From contig JBLIRN010000001.1 of assembly GCA_049472315.1 (NCBI GenBank), positions 96,001 to 160,000 on the forward strand: a stretch of 64,000 nucleotides of DNA, in the 5' to 3' direction. This document shows, piece after piece, positions 57,595 to 64,000 of the stretch. How positions within the stretch are numbered: position 1 is the stretch's first letter; each line of letters starts with the position of its first letter. The notes below the pieces were generated by a model. That model searched no databases. It was not told the DNA's origin and was given only the letters and a program-made list of their open reading frames with translations. Made by a program: the position numbers and the translations under genes. Source of the stretch: a bacterium. Its GTDB lineage: Bacteria; SZUA-182; DTGQ01; JAFGSM01.

Positions 57595-58935
57595 CTATAT
57601 CTCTCTCAGGAACTTGGGAATGTTGGCAGCCTCCCGGGGCCCGACCTTGATTGTCCAGCCTTGGAGCTCCTCCTCGATCTCGCCGGAGAGGATGGCCACA
57701 TACCCGGGGATGACCAGATTCCGATGGCCCACCACATCCTCGATGCCGCTCGTCTTCACCAGTTTCGCGATCTTTGGTGCATTGAACTTGTCCGCCGCCC
57801 ATGCGGTGAGCACGGACATGCCCTCGCAGTCGGCAACCAGCAGCCAGCTCGGCACCTTGCTGTTTTCGATCTCCCCCTGCACGATAAAATAGGTGAGCGA
57901 GAAATTGGTGGTGATGAGGAGGGGGGATTCGGCAGTTGGTTCGCCGATCTTGTAGAGCTTCTCCTCCACCTGCATGGGCTGCTGCGGATCGGTAAAGATA
58001 TTCTGCCTGAGGGTGTAAAGGGGGAGAAGCACCTCCCCGGGGATGTCGTTCAACACCACGATCGACGCGTACTTCATAATGCCGATGGCGGCCCGTGCCA
58101 CCTCCAGGTCGGGATCCGATGCGCCCTCGCCGGGGAATGCAATGGTTGGATACCCCATGGGTTTGAACTTCTTCTTCACGGCGGACCTCCGGATCTGGGT
58201 CATATCCTGGAGCATGTCCCCTGCCTTACCATGACCGGGATCGAGGACGACATCCTCCACGCCGGCGCCAACGGCCTTTTCCGCAAGGCCCGCAAGGGCA
58301 TCCAGTCCCTCGGCCTTTATCGCAAGAGGACACCCCTTGGACTTCGCAAGTGAGGCCATGGCATCCATGTTTTCAGCCGTTGCCGCATACAGCAGGGGCT
58401 TGCGCGCCCCGCATGCCTCCAGTGCCTTTCCCATGATTGCGGGGTCCTTGCATGCGAGGATGAGGGGACGGGTGGTCTTTTCCACTACGCGGGAAACCGC
58501 CTTGCTGAAGGTGTCCGCTGACCCTGATGCGCAGGAGACGCATATCAACTCCACCTTCAGGGTCTGTCCCACCCGCTCCATGGCCGATGATTCCACCTGC
58601 GCCACCTTGCGGTCGATGTCTGCCGGGGCATCGGTGTCGGGGATATTCATCGCCAGGCTGGTGGGATGGTTGAAACGCTTTTCATGCCTGAACAGCACGG
58701 TCTCGTCGCCCATCTCAACGGCATTATCACCCTCGCCCAGTTTGATGAGCCGGATGGGGGGTGCCGACGCCTCGCTCAGGACCTTCTTTGCCTCGTCCGA
58801 TACGTAGGGGCAATCCGAGAGCCGGGCCTGGCCAGCGGCAAGTCGCATGGCAAAGGCCAAGCAGGTTGGGAACTTACACTCACCGCAATTCGTCTTCGGT
58901 AGGTATTTAAATATTTGTATGCCGGTTAACGCCAT
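57595..58935 (-). CDS. acsC: Corrinoid iron-sulfur protein large (gamma) subunit
   Basis: LPKTNCGECKFPTCLAFA, TTNFSLTY, SVLTAWAA, VGPREA. Confidence 0.96.
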   Translation of the reverse strand: MALTGIQIFKYLPKTNCGECKFPTCLAFAMRLAAGQARLSDCPYVSDEAKKVLSEASAPPIRLIKLGEGDNAVEMGDETVLFRHEKRFNHPTSLAMNIPDTDAPADIDRKVAQVESSAMERVGQTLKVELICVSCASGSADTFSKAVSRVVEKTTRPLILACKDPAIMGKALEACGARKPLLYAATAENMDAMASLAKSKGCPLAIKAEGLDALAGLAEKAVGAGVEDVVLDPGHGKAGDMLQDMTQIRRSAVKKKFKPMGYPTIAFPGEGASDPDLEVARAAIGIMKYASIVVLNDIPGEVLLPLYTLRQNIFTDPQQPMQVEEKLYKIGEPTAESPLLITTNFSLTYFIVQGEIENSKVPSWLLVADCEGMSVLTAWAADKFNAPKIAKLVKTSGIEDVVGHRNLVIPGYVAILSGEIEEELQGWTIKVGPREAANIPKFLREI

Positions 58936-59053
58936 CGTTTGTCTCCTTCTCGATTATGGGGCCTCACCTGCGGGGATCCGAATCAAGCGGAACGTATCCC
59001 GGCCGAGAGGTCACCCGTACGCATTCATCCATCATACGCTTACTGCCGCCCAT

Positions 59054-59995
59054 TCAAGCAAGATCGGCAAGGGCGTTTTTCAGGGTCTTCAGTGTCCTCG
59101 GATGGCGCACCACCACCAGGTCTCCCCCTGCCATCAGGAATGCAAGGGCAGTGGTGGTTTCCCATATAATGCCCCTTCTTCCAGGGTCTCCCCATGCAGG
59201 CTGCTCCTCCTTGGAGGCACGGGTCTCCTTGACCTTCCAGGTGACCTCGCCCACATCGGCGATCATGGGCATCTGCATCATGGTGTCATTCTGCTGCAGC
59301 GAGGCCAGGCGGATGCGCTCCATTACCGAGTAGGTATATTCCAGCCCGTATCCCAGGGTGCTCGGCATGGCATCGATGATGATGTTCGAGGCGTCGAAGC
59401 CCGCCTGGGTCAGGAGGATATTGAGCTGTTTCGAGAGATTGATATCGAGATCGGAGAGTGCGACCAGCTTCAACTGGAAGGAGTTCGCCACCGCCGCGAA
59501 GACCTTGTAGTTTTTCTCCTGGGCCTTGCCGATAACCGAACCGCTGTTTGCCAGGGGTTCGGCGCACACCTTGATGACCTCCGCATCCTTCTCCACACTG
59601 TTGCTTCCGAACACCATCAAGGGGATATCGATGGCCCCGAGCACTGCCTCCACGGTCTTTCTGGCCTCTTCCGGGGTCCGGTCTCCACGGTCGGGATGGG
59701 TGCCGAGGAGGCGCAGGCAGATCATATCCGGTTTGAACTCATCCTGGCAAAATCGCGCCCACTTCGCAGGGTCCTCGATCACCCCCTTGTACAACCCTGT
59801 CAGTTCAGCGGGCCAGTCGTCAGGGACGATATCCAATATTTCAAGGGCGATCGGTACGGAAGGGCTCGCCTTCCCTTCGAACGCGAGGAAGGGAAGAACC
59901 TCGGACCCTCCGGCTTGTGCCGTTTTCCCGGCCCGGCCTATGGTCACCTGATTGATCCTTCCGTTGTATGTCTCTTTCGGTACCGCAAATGCCAT
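59054..59995 (-). CDS. acsD: Corrinoid iron-sulfur protein small (delta) subunit
   Basis: DINLSKQLN, LGYGLEYTYSVMERIRL, WETTTA, RHP. Confidence 0.95.
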   Translation of the reverse strand: MAFAVPKETYNGRINQVTIGRAGKTAQAGGSEVLPFLAFEGKASPSVPIALEILDIVPDDWPAELTGLYKGVIEDPAKWARFCQDEFKPDMICLRLLGTHPDRGDRTPEEARKTVEAVLGAIDIPLMVFGSNSVEKDAEVIKVCAEPLANSGSVIGKAQEKNYKVFAAVANSFQLKLVALSDLDINLSKQLNILLTQAGFDASNIIIDAMPSTLGYGLEYTYSVMERIRLASLQQNDTMMQMPMIADVGEVTWKVKETRASKEEQPAWGDPGRRGIIWETTTALAFLMAGGDLVVVRHPRTLKTLKNALADLA

Positions 59996-60012
59996 GGTCG
60001 TGTCCTCCACTC

Positions 60013-60795
60013 TCAAGTATCCAAATAGGAATGACAATAAAGGGTTCGATTGAGCAAGGAATCGGTGGTCTTTACAGCCTTGATCATTTCCCGGTCCAGG
60101 GGGTCGATGATAGCGGCATCGAGCCCCACGGTTATGAGCATGGTGGCGAAGGTATGGTTGAGGAGAGGGCGCAACTCCTCAGGGCAGCTGTTCGACACAT
60201 TGCTCAGGCCCACCACGCTCTTCATGGGAGGGTCGTTCAATTCCTTGAACATCTTCACCGATTCAAGGATCTCGGGTATCTGCTCCTGCTGTCCGTTGAT
60301 CGGCACCACAATAGGATCGAGATAGATATTTTCGAAAGGCACCCCGTGTTCGGCTGCCGCGGACATGATCTCCGCAGCCAGGGCGCACCGCTCCGCCGCG
60401 TCCCGGGGAAGGCCTCCCTTTGCCAGGGTCAAGGCGATGATCTGGGCATCGTACTTGGCTGCCAAGGGCATGAAGGCGGCCAGCCTCTCGGGCTCGGCAG
60501 AGGTCGAGTTGATGATCGCCTGCCCCTTGTGCACCTTCAACCCCGCCTCCATGGCATCCGGATTGGTGGTATCCAGGCATAGGGGGCAATCCACCACCTT
60601 CTGCAGGTTGGTAACCATCCACTCCATGAGTTCCGGTCCGTCCTTGCGGGCAGGCCCGATATTGATGTCCAGGGTATGCGCCCCCGCCTGGACCTGTTTG
60701 AGGGCCATCTCCTTGATGGGACCGAAATCCCTGTTTCGCATTGCCTCACCGAGGACCTTCGTCCTCACATTGATCCTTTCACCAATGATGAGCAT
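60013..60795 (-). CDS. acsE: Methyltetrahydrofolate:corrinoid iron-sulfur protein methyltransferase
   Basis: IIGERIN, LDINIG, IINST, GLSNVSN, DAAIIDP. Confidence 0.92.
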   Translation of the reverse strand: MLIIGERINVRTKVLGEAMRNRDFGPIKEMALKQVQAGAHTLDINIGPARKDGPELMEWMVTNLQKVVDCPLCLDTTNPDAMEAGLKVHKGQAIINSTSAEPERLAAFMPLAAKYDAQIIALTLAKGGLPRDAAERCALAAEIMSAAAEHGVPFENIYLDPIVVPINGQQEQIPEILESVKMFKELNDPPMKSVVGLSNVSNSCPEELRPLLNHTFATMLITVGLDAAIIDPLDREMIKAVKTTDSLLNRTLYCHSYLDT

Positions 60796-60822
60796 AGTTC
60801 CTCCCTTCACATACTATACGCG

Positions 60823-61602
60823 TTAGACTCCCAGCGGGCCCATAATCCGATCCACTGCCCTGTATGCGGCACAATCCAGGGGAAGCGCGATCAAAGGTCT
60901 TCCCTGCCGGTCGAACTCCTCCACCAATGAATCATCGGGGATGGTGCCGAGCAGTTCGATACCGAGCCCTTCTATCGTCCCGGCAAGATCATCCAGGCCG
61001 GGCCAGGCCGTCCCCCCTTGACCGCCGTCGGGCGTACGGTTCAAGATCAATCCCTGGTGCCTGATCTGAAGCTTCAACTCCTCGCAGATATCCAGTATCC
61101 GCTTGACCGTGCGCAGGCCCCGCTGTGTGGGATCGGAGGTGATCAGAAGATGGTCCACATCGTTGGTGGTCCTCCTGCTCAGGTGCTCGAGCCCTGCCTC
61201 ATTGTCCATGATCACATAGGGATACCCGAGACCGATCCGTTCGGAGTATTTCCTGATGAGGTGATTGGCATAGCAGTAACACCCGGGCCCTTCGGGGCGG
61301 CCCATGGTCATCAGGTCAAATCCCTCGCCTTCCACCAGTGTCTCGTGTATCTTGTATTCTATGTACTGGTCCTTGGTTACCCCGACCGGAAGATCCTTTA
61401 TGTTTTCGAGGGCCTTTTCCCTCAAGTGGCCGATGGTTTCTCCGATCTCCACCCCGAGGGCCTCGTGGAGATTTGCATTCGCATCCGCGTCAACTGCCAG
61501 CACCGGGATTTTCCCCCCCTCCCTCAAATAGCGTATAATCAAGCTGGCCAGGGTGGTTTTCCCGGTCCCGCCCTTTCCGGCAAGCGCTATGGTCACGGAC
61601 AT
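60823..61602 (-). CDS. cooC: CODH/ACS nickel-insertion ATPase (CooC/AcsF)
   Basis: GKGGTGKTT, GPGCYC, DNEAGLEHLSR. Confidence 0.92.
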   Translation of the reverse strand: MSVTIALAGKGGTGKTTLASLIIRYLREGGKIPVLAVDADANANLHEALGVEIGETIGHLREKALENIKDLPVGVTKDQYIEYKIHETLVEGEGFDLMTMGRPEGPGCYCYANHLIRKYSERIGLGYPYVIMDNEAGLEHLSRRTTNDVDHLLITSDPTQRGLRTVKRILDICEELKLQIRHQGLILNRTPDGGQGGTAWPGLDDLAGTIEGLGIELLGTIPDDSLVEEFDRQGRPLIALPLDCAAYRAVDRIMGPLGV

Positions 61603-62498
61603 GCCGCATCACCTGCCAGTCTTATGATTTCCGGGATCACCCTCTCCCTGCCGATGGCCATGATATGGACACCGTCGCAGAGTCCCTCCTCCCTGATGGA
61701 ACGTATCATCCGGACGGCAATCCGTATGCCGGCAGCGAGGCGTTCCCCCTTCGGCGCGGCTTCCAGTTCGTCGATAAGCCCTTGCGGCACCCAAACCCCC
61801 GGCACAGCGCTGTTCATGTACTCGGCCATGGCGGGGGAGGTGAGAAGCACGATCCCGGCAAGGATCTTCACCGGAAATCCCCGTGCGTACTCCATGAACC
61901 GCCTGAAATTGTCAAGGTCGTAAATGGCCTGGGTTTGAAAAAACTCCGCCCCCGCCTCAACCTTTTTTTCAAACTTCATGAGCTGTGGTTCAATGGGGTC
62001 CGCCTCAGGGGTCACCGTTGCCCCCACACACCATGAATCCGTCTCCTCGAGGGCATTCCCGCCCAGGTCCCGGCCTTTCTCGAATTCCCTGATCATAGTA
62101 ATCAATTGCACCGAATCAAGATCGAATACCTGTTTTGCCTGGGGCTGATCACCCGCAGTGATGGAATCTCCGGTCAGACACAGGACCGTGTCGATGCCCC
62201 GGGAGGCGGCAACCAGCAGATCACCGCCCAGGGCCAACCGGTTTCTGTCCCTGCAGGTCATCTGGAGGATGGGGCTCTCCCCTGCCTCCTTGACGAGGAG
62301 ACACCCGCCGAGGGATGAATAGCGCATGACCGATTTCTGGTTGTCGGTGACGTTGATCCCGTCCACCAGGCCCTTGAGCATGGAAACATGCCCACGGAAT
62401 GACTCCGTATTCATTCCCTTGGGGGGACCCACCTCTGCGGTGATCACAAATCCCTTCGCTGCAAGGGCCTCTCTGAATGTTCCCGTTCTCTTCACCAT
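61593..62498 (-). CDS. metF: Methylenetetrahydrofolate reductase
   Basis: EVGPPKG, NVTDNQ, CRDRNR, LTGD, FQTQ, GVHIMA; start uncertain (ORF opens at 62513). Confidence 0.93.
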   Translation of the reverse strand: MVKRTGTFREALAAKGFVITAEVGPPKGMNTESFRGHVSMLKGLVDGINVTDNQKSVMRYSSLGGCLLVKEAGESPILQMTCRDRNRLALGGDLLVAASRGIDTVLCLTGDSITAGDQPQAKQVFDLDSVQLITMIREFEKGRDLGGNALEETDSWCVGATVTPEADPIEPQLMKFEKKVEAGAEFFQTQAIYDLDNFRRFMEYARGFPVKILAGIVLLTSPAMAEYMNSAVPGVWVPQGLIDELEAAPKGERLAAGIRIAVRMIRSIREEGLCDGVHIMAIGRERVIPEIIRLAGDAACP

Positions 62499-62580
62499 CC
62501 GGTAGCAATTCACCCAGCCGGCCTAAGCCGCCTGAATCATTTCCATATATGCTCAATATCGCACGGGAAGGGGATGCGCC

Positions 62581-62623
62581 AACAAAACTTCGTCAGGCGT
62601 AGCGGAGCTACTAAGTTGCCCCT
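62581..62623 (+). repeat. Fifth copy of the dispersed repeat seen at 20201-20489
   Basis: AACAAAACTTCGTCAGGCGTAGCGGAGCTACTAAGTTGCCCCT. Confidence 0.6.
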
Positions 62624-62697
62624 TCCAATTACCTTTAAGGCTTGTTTCGGGAAAACCCATCCCCCTTACCATTCTCCCACAATGTATGGAGCAGTTA

Positions 62698-63351
62698 TCA
62701 TGTCTCCCTCTTCAGGATCAGCATGCCGGGCCGCTGCCTGATGGAGTGGTCCCGGGGGGGAATGATGCGACGCAATACCTCCAGCCTGTTTTGCTGTTTC
62801 AGCATGTTGTATATGGTGACCCATGCACACTCCCGCTCCGGATCGGTCTCGCATTTTCCCCGGTTCATCCCCCCGCAGGGACCATTGAGAAGCCCCTTCG
62901 GACACCGGGTTATCGGACAGATGCCGCCGGTCAGGTTCAACATGCAGTCCCCGCACATGGCACACACCTCGGAGAACTGTCCCCATCGTTCGATGGATCC
63001 CAAGAACAGGGTATCAACTGCGGTAAATACCGGCTTTTCCAGGAAAGAGGCGAGGGTTTGCGAGCCTGCACCGCAACCGAGGGAGAGGATCGCATCGGCA
63101 GTATCCAGCGTCTCCTCGATCTCGCTGAACGCCTTTTTGGTCTCCAAAAGATGGCAGGCGGCCTCCACAACCACGTATCCTACCACCTGCTTTCCGGCGG
63201 CCTCCAGATCCCTCTTCATGATGAGGATTTCCTGTTCCCCGCCTGACTGACAAAGGCTTGCGCACAGGTTGCACCCTGCGAGGAAGAGCCTCCGATATCC
63301 CTTAAGGGCATCAATAACCTGATCAAAGGATTTTTGTGCGGATATGATCAC
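62698..63351 (-). CDS. metV: Methylenetetrahydrofolate reductase Fe-S subunit MetV
   Basis: GCNLCASLC, CAMCGDC, CPITRCPKGLLNGPCGG, CAW. Confidence 0.9.
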   Translation of the reverse strand: MIISAQKSFDQVIDALKGYRRLFLAGCNLCASLCQSGGEQEILIMKRDLEAAGKQVVGYVVVEAACHLLETKKAFSEIEETLDTADAILSLGCGAGSQTLASFLEKPVFTAVDTLFLGSIERWGQFSEVCAMCGDCMLNLTGGICPITRCPKGLLNGPCGGMNRGKCETDPERECAWVTIYNMLKQQNRLEVLRRIIPPRDHSIRQRPGMLILKRET

Positions 63352-63363
63352 AAACTTCCGAGC

Positions 63364-63756
63364 TCACCGAGCCCCCTCTTTTTCTAAATGTGCCTGATAC
63401 CGTCGAATATCCATAAGGCGGCCCGGAATCGCGGCAGGGTCTATGTGAAGCACCACCAGCCACCCTTCTCCAAAGGGATCCTTGTTGATCGTCAAGGGCC
63501 TTTTCCCAAGGGATTGATTGACCGCCACCACCCTCCCGGAGAGGGGAGCAATGATATCGGTGATTGCCTTTGCGCTCTCCACTGCCGCGCATCGTTCCCC
63601 TTCCTCGATCTGTGCACCAACCTCCGGGAGATCCACCAGAAGGATCTCTCCCATATCGCGGAGGGCGGCCTCCGCCATCCCGACCGTTGCCCGGTCCTCC
63701 TCAACCCTTACCCAGAGATGATCAACGGAGTATAAGAGATCTTCAGGGGCGCTCAT
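63364..63756 (-). CDS. gcvH: Glycine cleavage H (lipoyl carrier) protein
   Basis: HLWV, VESAKA lipoyl Lys, INKDPFGEGW. Confidence 0.9.
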   Translation of the reverse strand: MSAPEDLLYSVDHLWVRVEEDRATVGMAEAALRDMGEILLVDLPEVGAQIEEGERCAAVESAKAITDIIAPLSGRVVAVNQSLGKRPLTINKDPFGEGWLVVLHIDPAAIPGRLMDIRRYQAHLEKEGAR

Positions 63757-63757
63757 A

Positions 63758-64000
63758 TTATTTCAGCAGCTCGAGCATCTCAGCCCTTGTGGTTTCATTG
63801 TTCCGAAAGGCACCCCTGACCGCGGAGGTAATGACATGGGCGTGGGGCTTCTTTACCCCGCGCATGGACATGCACAGGTGTTCTGCCTTGATAACCACCA
63901 TGGCCCCAAGGGGTTTGATGCTGGTGGTAATCAGATCGACAAGTTCCGTTGTCAGGCGCTCCTGGACCTGGGGCCTGCTGGCCAGCACCTCAAGCGCGCG
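63758..64000 (-). CDS. folE: GTP cyclohydrolase I (5' part outside the window)
   Basis: [34 protein letters not shown]. Confidence 0.92.
   Translation of the reverse strand, partial: RALEVLASRPQVQERLTTELVDLITTSIKPLGAMVVIKAEHLCMSMRGVKKPHAHVITSAVRGAFRNNETTRAEMLELLK

Overview
Chromosomal window from an anaerobic diderm (LPS-producing) bacterium. Gene content and order (ispE-spoVG-tRNA-Gln-prs-rplY-pth, sigma54 motifs) resemble Desulfobacterota and related lineages; this is an inference, not a determined taxonomy. Left half: a putative sigma54-driven Dx[DN]xDG-repeat lipoprotein, a diguanylate cyclase, a polyamine operon (speD-pdaD-speE-speB), lpxC, topA, dprA, a two-component pair, xerD, dtd, ogt and housekeeping genes. 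Centre (28.6-38.2 kb, minus strand): ECF-type sigma factor, soluble zf-HC2 anti-sigma-like protein, membrane-anchored CHAT (caspase-like) protease with a periplasmic CsgG/FlgT-like module, TPR/Ig/CsgG protein, FadL/PorV-like barrel and a Gly-rich secreted protein. This cluster is the best candidate for an undescribed system, namely trans-envelope proteolytic signalling. Right part (38.7-64 kb): a Wood-Ljungdahl supercluster with fhs, a selenocysteine formate dehydrogenase plus NuoE and a NuoF-GltD fusion, acsB, acsA, an Stn/NfnABC-like transhydrogenase, acsC, acsD, acsE, cooC, metF, metV, gcvH and partial folE. A short dispersed repeat family occurs at 20.2-20.5 kb and 62.6 kb. All calls come from motif recognition by eye; no database searches were run.
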